Shown here: positions 12,831 to 25,629 of the stretch, piece by piece
How positions within the stretch are numbered: position 1 is the stretch's first letter
Layout of the letters: each line of letters begins with the position of its first letter
NCBI GenBank assembly: GCA_030265395.1
Contig: JARFYF010000052.1
Coordinates: 124,275,050 to 124,339,049 of the forward strand
Origin: Rhina ancylostomus
Taxonomy: Eukaryota
Length of the DNA: 64,000 bases
Direction: 5' to 3'
Notes under the pieces: generated by a model
Database searches by the model: none
Told to the model about the DNA's origin: nothing
The model's input: the letters and a program-made list of their open reading frames with translations, nothing else
Made by a program: the position numbers and the translations under genes

Positions 12831-14892
12831 ACAGTGTAAGAAAATATTTAAGTAGCTGCCGGTGTGCAGTTTAATCGCTCAAAAGGTGAAGACAGTATGG
12901 CCAGTGAGTACAGAGGTACCTGACCACTGTCAGCCCCCTCATTGCAGGGGAACAAAACAAAATGAGGCAGAAATTGTTCAGCTTGTGCACCGTGCCTGCA
13001 GAACAGCAACACGTATTTCATTAGATCGCGTGGGTGTGTTTTATCGCTTTATTATTGCTCAACCTTTATGTAATACAAAAAAAACTACTTGTGTGTGTTA
13101 GATTAAACATACTGTGGAGATCTGTCAGCATAACTGTCGTTAAGTAATGTTCGAAACATTTGCAGGAGGAAAAGCCGACTGGTTTTTCTGTTTCCTGTGT
13201 CATGCGGGCTGGTTTTATCAATTGCAAAGAGGACATTTAAAGAAGAATTCTCAGTGAATGTGGTTTCAAACCCCATGCTGCTCCTCAGGCCCGTGATGCT
13301 GTAGTTAGTACTGCAGAGGATGTGCCTTTTGCAGGCTGGCATGAAGGTAGGGTGGGGCAACTCTCAGCCTCTTTCCATTCACATCTCTCGTACATAGCTG
13401 AAAATGCTTTGACATCCTGTTACTGATGTTACATCTAACCTCTTCCGAGGTGCATTGTCTCTGTAGTGACTCGCACGGTCTATTTATCAGTTCTCAGTCG
13501 GAAGTATACCACCTCCCTGACCCAGTGCCAGTTCAAGCATCTTTGCTCTCAGAAGTTTTTAAATTAATTTATGGTTTTGTTGATTCGCGCACCAAACCGT
13601 TTGGTTTAGATTCACAACGGGGAAAAAAATAGCTTTTGGTTTCAACAGTTGGCATCAGTGTTGTTAATTGAGATTAAAATTCTGTTCATGAAACTTCCAG
13701 ATTTAATGCTGTTTACTCCCATTGTGGTATCGTAGTGTTTTCAACAATTTTCATTTATTTTACCATGTTTTGTATCTGCATAATTGTCTCTGAAGAGGTG
13801 AGTCGTTGTGCCTGGAAAGAGGAAACGGTTGTGCATTATAATCATGTAACATTTTTGTGATTAGCTTTTGTCGTAGATTTCATTGCACTATTTGGTAAAC
13901 ATGGCATATAGCTAAGAAATATCTTAAGTCATGAATTGGCCTAAATTAGGATTTAATATTTTTTAAAGAAAGGAGCCTGCTGTTTCTGTTGCTTAATGCT
14001 GATAAACATAGAAGTCCTCTGGCGTGTTCAAGGATCTGTTTCTAGATTATTTTCTACAGTGCTACTGAGTTTTGTTCTGGTTATAGATACATATTTTAAA
14101 AAAACAGAATTGTTTTTGGTAAGAGGGCCTTGCAATGCTCACTGCTGATAATATTAAGAGATAAGGGTTAATTGGATTCCATCCTACTTATGGGAAAATT
14201 ACAGAGCATGAAAGCTATTTGGATGGAAACTAACGTTGTCAGGTTAGCAAGTTTAAAAAGGATAAGTTCGATACCAGCACTGTCACATCCAAAAAAAAAT
14301 TCATCTGTATTTTATTCCAACATGTTTTGCACTGGTGAGATATTCTCTGCAGGGTGAACTAATGTGCTATGAATAAGGTGGAATACCAATTTGCACCATT
14401 GATAATAACGCCTACCATGTATATTTTGAAGAAATATTTGGGTTAGGGACATTAACTGGCGCAGCCATATTGTTTTCTATTGACCCAGAATGAAGAGGAA
14501 TTTGAGACCAATTTTAAATCCAAAAGCTTACCATTTATTCAGTTTTATTTAGTCTTTTAGAGGTGTTATTTCTTTACCGCAGCACTACGTTAGCCTATTC
14601 TTTCCGTGACTTGTATATTAATTAATGGTTTTAATGATCTGGGGTTTGAATAATTAATGACTAAGAAAATGGCCCTCAGTTACCATAGTTGTCATCAGTG
14701 TTGTTCAGGTCACTTTGAACCACTTCGATGTTTCACGCATCTGTTATTGAGGCACTTTTTTCTGCCGGAGTGCAAGTAGTGAGAAATCTCAGAGAATTTA
14801 CCATGAAGAAATCATTCATATTAATCATTTTGAACTTAGTGCAATTAGAGCTATCAATGAAGTTCACAGATCAATCTTGTGTAATATTCATT

Positions 14893-15033
14893 CAGCATGA
14901 GGGCAGGCCCTTCGGCCCACCAAGTCTGTGCTGACCACCAATCACTCACCTCTATCACCTACTAATCTGATTTTTATTCTCCCCATAGTCCTATTAATTC
15001 TCCCCAGATTCTACCATTCAGCCGCACACTAGG
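14893..15033 (-). mobile_element. HE1/V-SINE, 3' half
   Basis: CAGGCCCTTCGGCCCAC tail...CCCCAGATTCTACC...CACACTAGG, collinear with the copy at 38240-38467. Confidence 0.7.
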
Positions 15034-15039
15034 TGTACA

Positions 15040-15402
15040 TAAGACTTCCATAAGATAGGGATGCATGGTGTTGGGGGTAAGGTATTAGTATGGATAGAGG
15101 ATTGGTTAACCAATAGAAGGCAGAGAGTTGGGATAAATGAGTGTTTCTCTGGTTGGCAATCAGTGGTGAGCGGGGTGCCACAGGGGTCAGTGCTGGGCCC
15201 ACAACTGTTCATGTTATACATTAACGAATTGGAAGAGGGGACTGAGTGTAGCGTATCTAAGTTTGCTGGTGACACTAAATTGAGTGGAAAAGCAAATTGT
15301 ACAGAGGATGTGGAGAGTTTGCAGTGAGATATAGATAGGTTCAGTGAGTGGGCAAGGGTCTGGCAGATGGAGCACAATGTTGGTAAATGTGAGGTCATCC
15401 AC
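15040..15402 (+). mobile_element. CR1 LINE reverse transcriptase fragment running into a gap
   Basis: WIEDWLTNRRQRVGIN...SGVPQGSVLGPQLFMLYIN...KFAGDTKL, with an in-frame stop at 15325. Confidence 0.95.
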
Positions 15403-15502
15403 NNNNNNNNNNNNNNNNNNNNNNNNNNNNNNNNNNNNNNNNNNNNNNNNNNNNNNNNNNNNNNNNNNNNNNNNNNNNNNNNNNNNNNNNNNNNNNNNNN
15501 NN

Positions 15503-15821
15503 CATTCACTCTGTAATGTCAGATCCATTCATTCTGCATTTACACCCCTTGCCGACTACCTGTTGTTCCCTAATGCCATCACCATTCATCTGGTATTACC
15601 ACCCCCTTTTGTCAGCTTAATCTCTCCTATCCTCCACCATATAATGTATCTTTCCCTTTTCTCTCCCCCAGTTTCCCTGCATCTCAGAAGCTGCATTTTC
15701 TCTAGCCATTCCCAGTTCTGAAGAAAGATTCCCACTTTTGAAGACAACTTGAAACATTAATTTGTCTCTCCATGGATGCTCCCTGATTTGCTAAATATTT
15801 CCAGCATTTTCTGCTTTTACT
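15503..15821 (+). mobile_element. Penelope-like element 3' UTR and terminal repeat
   Basis: Pyrimidine-rich tract, then CAGTTCTGAAGAA...GAAACATTAA...GATGCT...TCCAGCATTTTCTG. Confidence 0.65.
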
Positions 15822-15949
15822 GTATTATTTGACCTGACGATTTAAATACAAATATGAGAAATTGTATGGACAGGGTCACAAATTGGGGATGAACAAACCA
15901 ACACTTTTTAACCAGTTTACTCTGCTCACAAATCCACTCTGTTTATTTG

Positions 15950-16690
15950 TTGGAGCACATGGATATAGGGCTAATTTACTTAGCATCTTGTACCTCTTCT
16001 GCCATTCATTTAGACTGTGGCTGATCTGTATCTCAACTTGATTTAAGTCCCATTGCTCCATATCCCCAAAGCCCTCTCAGTTTTGCATTTTTCATTTGGA
16101 CCAGCATGTACTACCTTTTTTGTGGGGTGAATAAGTTCTCGATGTGTACCATAAAAAATAGGATCAGAAATAGGCTATATAGCCCCTCATTTTATTAAGA
16201 TCATTGCGGATCTGATCTGATCTAATCTTATCATCGACTCCACTTTTGCTCCTGGAGCACTTAACCACTGATTCCCCTTTCGTCTGAAACTCTGTCTCAG
16301 CTTTGAAGATGCACCATTTTTCTGTTAAAACAGTTCTCCCTTATTTCCATGTAGTTCCATCTATAAGACCTCATTTATTTTAACCTCCTTAAAGTCAGGG
16401 GAATACAAATGAAGATTATTCAGTATTCCCTCAGTGTGGGCCTTTAGGTTTTAGCATAATTTTGTTGAATTATCTTTCCTGAATGTAATGTCCAAAATTA
16501 TTACTCCTTGATATTCCAATCAATATTGAAGAACTGAAGTATAACTTCCCTCCATTGTTTATTCCAACCTTCCATTAATATTTTTAATTGCGTTTTGTAT
16601 GTATAAATACCTAAACCTATTTCTCCTCTACATTCAAATTTGCCCATTAAGAAAATAGCCCGATGGCTTTCTCAGGTTCAAAGTGGATGT
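15950..16690 (-). mobile_element. Old CR1 3' fragments (a second tail nested at about 16150-16315)
   Basis: Two decayed CR1 3' UTR signatures (GCCATTCATTTAG...GCTGATCT and TAGGCTATATAGCCCCTC) plus antisense RT remnants. Confidence 0.55.
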
Positions 16691-16706
16691 GATAATTATG
16701 TGAATG

Positions 16707-17089
16707 ACAGGGGATCTTATAGAAACATATAAAATTATGAAAGGGGTAGATAAGATGGAGGCAGGAAGATTGTTTCCACTGGTAGGTGAGACTAGAGCTA
16801 GGGGACATAAACCTCAAGGTTCGGGGAAATAGATTTAGGATGGAGATGAGAAGCTGGTTTTCCCAGGGAGTAGTGAATCTGTGGAATTCTCTGCCCAGGG
16901 AAGCAGTAGAGGCTACCTCATTAAATATATTTAAGACACAGATTTATGTATGGTCGGGGAATTAAGGGTTACGGGGAAAAGACAGGTAGGTAGATCTAAG
17001 TCCACGGCCAGAGCAGCCATGATCTTATTGAACGGTGGAGCAGGCTCAACGGACTGGATGGCCTACTCCTACTTCTGCTGTTCTTATGT
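16707..17089 (+). mobile_element. CR1 LINE 3' end
   Basis: GDLIETYKIMKGVDK...FPLVGETRARGH and VVNLWNSLPREAVEA. Tail GGCCTACTCCT...TTCTTATGT. Confidence 0.9.
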
Positions 17090-17178
17090 AATTTACAATG
17101 GCCAGTTAACTTACTGGCACATCATTGGGATGTGGCAAGAAACTAGAGCATCCTGAGGAAATCCACAACGTCATGAGA
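17090..17178 (-). mobile_element. HE1/V-SINE central fragment
   Basis: AATTTACAATGGCC...TTGGGATGTGGCAAGAAACTAGAGCATCCTGAGGAAATCCAC is the antisense V-domain. Confidence 0.65.
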
Positions 17179-18604
17179 TTGAAATTGATAAAGTACTGCA
17201 CAATATTTTTGTGGTTGAACTGTGTATATATAAAGTGAAAAGAAACAGCAAGAAATAAATTACTTTTTTAAATAAGGTCTGTCACAAAGCATCACAAATA
17301 AGTCTGTCACAAAGAAAACACAATTTTATTGTGATATTTTAACTAAGGCATGTCAGTACTTTGCTTTCCTGAATGTTGCTGGTTGGATCAACTGTGCAAA
17401 ATGTTAATACATGCAAATTGGAATTAAGAATGGATTTTGTGGCTAAAATGTATTCAACAGTATTTGCATAGGAAATGATTAAGAAAATTGTTTACCTGGA
17501 AAATAAGGAGGCAAGTCATACTTATGAGGTGGATTATATTATACATTTGCTTATTCCAGTGAGCAATGGTCCAGCTTCAAATATTATTTATTATAATTAC
17601 TTGTAGTAGGAATAAGATGTGATGCTTTTGTATTTCCCAGGTAATAGTTGTTAACAAATGTGATGACATAAAGTACCATTGCTCGCAACAAGTGTAGATG
17701 GACACAGTGAGATCAACTGCAACTTGGTCATTATATTCATGTCACATAATCAGCTTTGCACCACTTCCAAAATCTTATTGGCAGCTATTATATATTTTTT
17801 GTGCATACTGATGATTACCTTCAATGTTATTTCTATTGCAAATCTAACTAATTGTGCCCAAACCACATGTTTAAACTAAAATCTCAATCTATCAGCGAGT
17901 TCTCAAAGTAGCAGGATAAGTTTGAATGGCTTATGGAATAAAGCGTAGAATACCAAAGCTTGGCCAATACCATAATTTATTATCTCAGTGTTACATTTTC
18001 CCCCAAAAGGATGTCATAAACCAAACAGATCACTCAAAAAGCATGACTAAGGTTCTGTATACAAAGCCAGTCGTTGAAAAGTTATTTAATAATCGGGCTG
18101 TTTGTAAAGAAGTTGTGGTATTTTGAGAATTATAGACATTGGCTGATATTGTTATGTTTCAAGGGTTTTTCCTTGTCTCTTTTTAATCAAACAGCTTTGG
18201 TTTTTGGTAGTGGGAGTAGACTTTTTATAATATTCCTTTCTTTTTAATTAACTATCACATGATTATTAATTTAGAGTATTGTGATCTTAAGTATGATTTA
18301 ACACAATGTATTCAGTAGTATTTTTATCCTTTGAGGCATGTACTCTGTATTTTCGTGGATTTAATATAAATATTATGAAGAGAATTACAGACTGTTGACA
18401 AGTCTGTGGAGTGGCCATTGCATATTTGCATTTTCACTGGAAAGGTTCTCCTCAGTTAAGATGAAAGGGACAATGGAAATTTGCACAGGAATGTTACATG
18501 ACTCAGTTTGACTTGTGTAAGATAAATATTGAGTGTGGGCGAGGCATTTACTTACTTGAATAATAATTCTGCATTATAAAAGCAAATGAAATAAAATTTC
18601 TTAA

Positions 18605-19120
18605 AAACAAAAAAGTAGTAGGCATTTTGGCACTTCGAGCCTTGCTTGCTATTAAATGCAGTGATGGTTGATCCACTATCTCAATAGAGCATTCACGCAT
18701 ACTCTCTTGGAGCCTTTTGCACCTGGAAATGTGTCTATCTCCTTCAAAGATATTTAACCTTATGGCCTCCACCGCTCTCTGTGGTAGTGACTTCCACAGA
18801 GCCGTCACTTCTGAATGAAGGAATTTCCCTTTTACCTCAGGCCTAGATCTCTTCCTCTGTAACTTAAGGCTGTTGCCCTTATTCCTCTACGTCCCAGCCA
18901 GGGGATGCCTCTTCTCTGGATCCAGTCTGTCCAACACTGTTAGAATATTTTAAGTTTCAATCGTATCCTATCTCATTCTTATAAATTCAAATGTATACAG
19001 GCTGAATTGACATAATCACTCTTCATAAAGCATTCCCACCATCTCAGAGAGCAATCCAGTGAACCTTCAGTGTGCTTCCTTGAATAAGGGGACAAAAACT
19101 GCACACAATAATCCTGAGTT
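18605..19120 (-). mobile_element. CR1 LINE 3' end
   Basis: Minus-strand LWKSLPQRAVEA. GGGGACAAAAACTGCACACAATA is the antisense of YCVQFLSP. Confidence 0.85.
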
Positions 19121-19198
19121 CCTGTCTAATTGTATTGTACTTGCCTGAGCTCAACTCTCCACTTATGCCAACTCTCTGCAGGTCATTTATCTAAAATA

Positions 19199-19470
19199 GT
19201 GGTATGGCAGCTTAGTGATTAAATTGTTGGTTCAACGGCTAGAGGCCTACAGCATTAATCCAGAGACTGGAAATCAAATCCCACAAAAGTGTTCGAGAAA
19301 TAAAATTCAAATAATTAAATAAATCTGGAATGCAAAACCTAATATCTGTAATGGTCTACGGGCATGGAAGGAAATATGCCATCATTGTGGCTCCAGTCCC
19401 ATCCAGCTACATCGTTGATTCTCCTGAATCCAGGGACAATAGGGGAGAACAATAAATATCAATATTGTCC
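19199..19470 (+). mobile_element. tRNA-derived SINE (second family), decayed
   Basis: Head ...TCAAATCCCAC (B-box-like), then AATAAATCTGGAAT, GGAAGGAAATATGCC and CAATAAATA. Collinear with the antisense copy at 45946-47067. Confidence 0.6.
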
Positions 19471-20013
19471 ACAACTTATGACATTAAAATCATAAAACTG
19501 TTGGTGTGTGCGATAGACAGTAGCAAAAGATGTTATCTATATGCACACATAGCTGGTATATTTGATATCTGCTTGCATTACAGAAAACCATTTGTGTATG
19601 TTGATACCCTCCAGATATTTCTGAACAATGACCATTGGTAATTTTTTCCCCTTTTACAAAGAGAACATTAAATACACTTTTTTTGACAATCATTTATCCC
19701 ACATGACATGAAGATTTATCTTCCCCCTGAACAGTGAGCAGTAGATTAATGTTGTACTGAGAATTCTTTGCAACCCTCCCCCACCCCACTGGGGTTTCTC
19801 GCTCAGGAGGAATACTGTTTGCCCTTTCGTGCCTCTGTCATCTCTTGGCTAGAACAGATGGATCCCACTGCCCTGCTGTCTTCCCAAATCCCAGTATCTT
19901 TCTCTGCTATTATTCATTTTCTTAAAAGATCTGTTGATCTTTGCCTCTAGAAGTAGCATGCTCCTCTTGTGCTCTTCTGTTTCCTCAATACTTCCCTTGG
20001 TTAAGTAGTAAGT

Positions 20014-20112
20014 ATTATTGGTTTATTATTGTTATGTGTACCAAGATACAGTAAAAAAAAACCTTCTGTTTGCGTGCCATCCAGACAGATCGTACTATAT
20101 AGAAGTACATCA
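20014..20112 (-). mobile_element. Rex-Babar LINE extreme 3' end
   Basis: ATTGGTTTATTATTGTTATGTGTACCAAGATACAGT is the reverse complement of the tail at 53620-53666. Confidence 0.75.
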
Positions 20113-21867
20113 TGCCATGCATAATTTTCTCTTTCAACTAATAAAAATCTTTAAGAAACTTAGAAACCTTTATTAAACTTCACCTCCAGAATTTCCTCCT
20201 TTGTAAACTATAATCTCATAACTGCTTTACTATTTGGCAACTATAAAGAATAATTTTAACACAAAGTGAATGTTGTATAGCAGCAGTTAATCTGAGGGTC
20301 CAAAGTGGCATGAAGCATTTTGTTTTTAAATTAAGTTTTTAATTGTTATATTTTAAGCTGTGGATAATAATGTAGGTAGATGGGTACATTGTAGGTACTT
20401 GGCTATATTCAGTACACATTAGACTTGGAAGTTGAGCTTGCTGTACAATTGATGTTCAGTCCATTGAACTTGAGAAAGGGTTGCTGAAGGACAAGAAGGT
20501 AAATGGCAACTTGAAAGAGGGAGTTTCCCAGAGGAGAAACATGCAGTTGCTATTCTTTTCATTGCATTTATTATACAAGGACCCAGTTGTTTTTTCATAT
20601 TCCCTTAGGTGCCCTTTGCTGTAATCTGAACATTCTCATGTTCAAAGGTCTCCTCCTTAATGATGGACTTTCATTACTCTGTGGTATTCTAAGGCGGTAA
20701 ACTTTGCAGGGGCTATTAATTTGTGACGTAATCTACAGATATTGCTGAATTTGAAGAATTGTGTACACTTAGTGAGATTCAGTCTGTGGAAGTGTGTTCC
20801 CTTCAACCTGTTACCAGGACTTCAATCTAGAAGTGCTTTGATTCAAAGATGTGCAATCCCTTTGGATGTACAGAAGTTCAGATCAGCAGTCCCATTGCCT
20901 TGAAGGAGTGCACTGTTTTTAGGGACACTTTCAACTGATGTTATTTCTATTTTCTGCTTCTAGTATGATTGGTGGTCGGATTTTTATTCTCTACCTTCTG
21001 TTTAATACTCAAGACTGGAGCACCTTCTGACAGTGATGCTAGAGAATTTATAATAAATCTCGCTGAATCTTAACATCTTTTTTAAAAAAAAGAATTGGAG
21101 CTTGTATTTGGGCTGATTGCTATTTCATATGGACATTGAAGATGTCATTGCTCAATTCCATGATTAAAATGTGAATGCCTAATTTGTAAATGATTAAATC
21201 GATTTATGCAGAAAAGCATGTTTCAGTTTTGTTATTAAAGCTGCAATAACTGAAAAGTGTAAATACTTTTAGACCTATACATATATCAGCAAATTTGTGT
21301 GGTTAATTTGAGTAATAGGATTGCACGATGTAGGGTCATTAAAGATCCCTCACTATGTGCCTGTAAGCCTTAAGGTAGGGTTAAGGTGATTTGTCAAGGG
21401 AAGAGAGGGAAAAGGTTGAGTTTTTCAGTATACAGAATCTCTATAGGCCACTACTCCAGGGAAATCTGGTTTGAGCACAAGGCTGATTGCATAACCTCTT
21501 CCTAACTTACACTGGGATTGCTGGTGTGCAGTAAGAAAATGCCCTGCCTTGTGTAGGAAAACGCATGCATCTCTACGTCCACCAAAGAAATCAGAATCAG
21601 TAGAAATTAATTGTCTGTCAAACTGGAGTCTCGATCTAATCGCGCGAGGGTTGTATTACATAAGCTGTAACATTTGACAAGTTGTGGAACCATTTGTGGA
21701 GTAAACTTTCGATTTAATTTTTGGGGAGGGGTGTCTCTAAATTCCTAAGAGCTTTACTATTACTGGGTAACTCATTAAATTAAGGAAAAATGAGATAAAT
21801 CATTTCTTTGATGTTAGATTCATGGGGCTCTCAGCGTCCAAAGGTTACCTAGTGGTGATTGCAATTA

Positions 21868-22075
21868 GCACAGGAGACCATTTAGCCCATGAAGTTTGCA
21901 TCTGCTTGCATCAGTCAATCCTATTCCGTTGCATATTCCTGCATCTTGTCTCTCTGTCAAGTATCTAACCAGTTCTTGTTGGAAAGTGGTGATTCAATCT
22001 GTTTCTGCCACTCTTTCAGACAGTGACTTCCAAATACTGATTTCTCACTATTTGAAAAAGTTTTATTTTCTCTCT
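21868..22075 (-). mobile_element. Old CR1 3' end
   Basis: GCACAGGAGACCATTTAGCCCAT tail signature followed by TTTCAGACAGTGACTTCCA. Confidence 0.6.
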
Positions 22076-22278
22076 ACAACAGAATAATGTACCCTGCATT
22101 ACAGAGGGGATGTGTTCCTAGAAACTGTCCATATCATGGTTTACTCGCAACAGTAGTGCCCCTGTGGGTGTGCTGTCTACAGGCAAGGGAATTCTGATTG
22201 TATTGTAGGCAGAAAAGAAAGTGGTTAATTTAATTGACTAGAAATGGCTGTTACATTGTTAGATAAAGTATCATTGTA

Positions 22279-22448
22279 CAAGTTTCAATGGAAGAGATTG
22301 CCTTGCCAGTTTCCATGAGTGGCCTTTTGAGTGGTCTCCCACCGTGAACCAACAGCCTGTGATCAAGTATCAATAGAAGAGATTGCTTTGTCAGTTGCCA
22401 AAGCAATCCCTTAAGTGACCTCCTACTGTGAACTGACAGACTGTGATT
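22279..22448. repeat. Imperfect 85-bp tandem duplication
   Basis: CAAGTTTCAATGGAAGAGATTGCCTTGCCAGTT...CTGTGAT (22279) versus CAAGTATCAATAGAAGAGATTGCTTTGTCAGTT...CTGTGAT (22364). Confidence 0.85.
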
Positions 22449-22671
22449 GTTGCCCGTGGGGAAAACTAGTTCAGTTCTCTGTATATATTTTGTGTTTATT
22501 TATTTCCACATAAATTCCATAAAAGAGAATATTTATTCCATATCTCAAATTTTTGTAGTGATTTATGAATTCATAAAGGTGAATTTTTTACTCCATATTT
22601 CAATTTTTTTGGTAATGACCTGTGAATTCTGTGATGGGCTAATTTCCGTTACCTGAACGACCAGGCGATGC

Positions 22672-22760
22672 TATATGCTGGAAATGCTTAACAAATCACG
22701 CAGCATCTGTGGAAAGAGAAACAGAGTTGACGTCAGAGGTCTTGACCCTTTGTCAGGGTT
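22672..22760 (-). mobile_element. Penelope terminal repeat fragment
   Basis: GCAGCATCTGTGGAAAGAGAAACAGAGTTGACGT...GGTCTTGACCCTTTGTCAG. Confidence 0.7.
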
Positions 22761-23220
22761 TTGTATATATATAAATAAAAAATTTTTAAAACTCCCTGGT
22801 TCTTTTCAGTATTATAATTGAGCTTTGCGGAAATCAGAACTAGATGTGTTCCACAGAGTACTCCCTCTCTCTTCAGGTTCCACATGAAAAAGGGCACTAG
22901 GAAAGAAGCCATGTGGTATTAGCCACCAAGATACCTGAGACTGTAAACTGACATGCTTAACATGACACTCAACCTGTGAAAAGCTATTGTCATAGTACAC
23001 GTGGAGAAGATATAGACCTGACCCATTATGGTGCATCCCAGTATAGATTTAAGGGTGCTGATACTCTACTGTACATGAGCAGAATAATTAACCATGTGTC
23101 TGCCACTAGTTGGGGCTGCAGCTTATGCTCAGATCTTTACATCATAAGCAGCACAATAGTTATGCTGTTACACAAACCTGTTTTAGTCTCATTAACTGAG
23201 ACTTCAGTGCCAGTTAACCC

Positions 23221-23344
23221 CAGCTCTAATGAAACATTGGCTTGAAACCTTCACTCTTCCACCCTCCGTAGATGTTGCCTCATGCACTGAGTATTTCCTG
23301 CATCTTCTTATTCAGATTTCCAGCCTCTACAATATTTAACTTTT
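23221..23344 (+). mobile_element. Penelope terminal repeat fragment
   Basis: CTAATGAA...GAAACCTT...GATGTTGCCT...TTCAGATTTCCAGCCTCT. Confidence 0.6.
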
Positions 23345-25456
23345 CGGAATTTCATTTTAATTGTCACTTGTGCTCGGTGTGTTTCTGTATGTGCTTGCTT
23401 CAATGTATGACATGTGTCTTCTGCTTTCTATATTAATGCAGCAGTTTATCCAGGCCTGTGCATTATCTGGCATAACTGAAGATTTTTCGGTAGAGTGGTA
23501 AGTGATGTGACTCCAGTAGCCAGCTGAGTGATGCTTCATCATTATTGTCAATTCCTCCTGTACCACTATAAGCTGACCATTCCCAATGCATAGCCAAAGA
23601 TCTGCCAGGAACTAGATATCGGTGAGGCTGTGAAGGCCTGAATCTGCTTGCCTAACGTGATGCATCTCAAATGGACATAATGTAATGAATTGCAATCCAA
23701 AGCCAAGAATCACGATCTTGGTATTTGCCAGCCTGCATTACAGAAATTCTGAGCTGGTGACTGTTGTATTTCTATATGATGTTACCACATGTCACTACTG
23801 CATATATCAGTTACCCCTAAATCAAGTTTTGGGATTAGGAAAAATCAGATGTGTATTATAATACTTCTGTGTAAAATTGTTGATCTAATACAACACAACT
23901 TCTACAGTGGTACCAAAATTCACATCACTAATTGAAGCTCCCAGTGTTGTTTGTCTTATGTAATTAAAGCTTCAAACATACATGAGTGCCAGATGTCATA
24001 ACTTTGTATATATCTTTTTATTGGTAAGCTTAGCTGCTGCCATTGTACAAATTCTTGATTTTCTAAGTTATATTTTTCACAAGTGCTCATTAGTCTTCTG
24101 TAACATTTGGGTCTTTATGTCCAAGTGCAGTCATTTTTTAAAAATAGTGGATATATATTTAATATAATAAAGATTCCTGTGGTTATTCTACTGATAAAAT
24201 CTATAGTTAAAATAAGCACTTGAAAATCACCAGTGTGAATTCTGCAGACCCAGACAGAAATATTTGTGATGGAAGTTGTGTGGAAGTTTAGTTGCAGTGT
24301 TGAAGGTATTTAGTTTGTGATGTGCTTCTCAGTGGTGAGATATAATTTAGTCATGTGGTCAGGCAGCAGTGTGCATGTCTGTTAATTGATTTTTGCAGGG
24401 TGCATTGCAGCAAAATGCCTGCTTGAACCTGTAGTGCAGATCCACAGGACTTATTTCTAGGCTACTCACGTGAGTCCCAAAATCATGGGTGTTTAGCAGA
24501 TAAAAAGCTGCTCAAACCTGCTCTCTAGATGAGAGACTGACTTAATCAACTTTTACCTGCTCTTGTACATGTTCAGTGTTTCACCATCTCCATCTTGTAG
24601 GCCTTGAGGCTCTGATGTGAATGTATTCCTGTGTGCACTTGCTGTTGGTGCCTGTGGTATAGCTTCAGGGCATGTTACCCACTAGGGGAATATGATCAGA
24701 GGGACAAGTATTACCTTTTGCTAGGAAAATGGTGTGTGCATGCTAAGATGTTGCTTGTGCTCCTGTGGGAAGTGTGTACTTGTTTTTCAATAGGAGGAAC
24801 AAAGACAAAAAAACAACATAATAAGACACCTCTGAAATGGTCTGAAGGGGACTGATCTCCACCTTTCCCATTCCCTCAATTATTTCCAGGTCCAAAAATT
24901 TTGCTGGGCTGTAAATAATTCACAACCTTCTGCTTGAAGGGCACATTCATTACATCTTCGGCTGTTTATTCCGTGGGTGATTTTTCTCCACGAAAGGAGA
25001 CGTATTTGACAGTGGAAGTTGAGAGATGTGTGGTAACCAAGTACGTAAGCTGGATGCTACTGCATGCAAGTCTCCGAATATGTATACAGGTGCTCGAGGA
25101 GGCAGGTGTTAGCAGCATGCATGTTGCTTGGATGAATGAAGGGGCAAGTAGGTAGGCATGGCAGTAATAATCCTGTGTAGTAAACACAGAGGCTTTCTGT
25201 CCGTGTGGGAAATAGACAAACAATTGACAGAGAGCTGGTCATTTTCCCTCAGAGGCACGCTTGGAAAATTGGGGAAGATGTGATGAATTTACAGTCTGGG
25301 CACTCATTGAATATTACTGCTCTTGTACCACATTCTTCCATGCTGCTCAGAAGTGCTCCATCTTTCCCTGCTGTCCTTCATATGATTGTGAACGTCTCTC
25401 CATGGCTGTATCATGAGCATTGTGGAGCTGCACTTTGAGTTGTAGCATTTGCATCA

Positions 25457-25600
25457 CAATGAACTAGATGGGTGTTTGCAACATTCACGGTTCATGGTTG
25501 TCATTACTGATACTAGGTTTGCACTCTGAATTTACTTGAATTTAAATTCCTCAGCTCAAGCTATTAGTGTGATAACTTTACCCCCATGCTACTCTACCCT
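25457..25600 (-). mobile_element. tRNA-derived SINE (second family), 5' fragment
   Basis: GAACTAGATGGG...TTCATGGTTGTCATTACTGATACTAG...TTGAATTTAAATTCC, similar to 46880-47060. Confidence 0.55.
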
Positions 25601-25629
25601 AATGGCTGACACGTCTGTATAAATATTAC

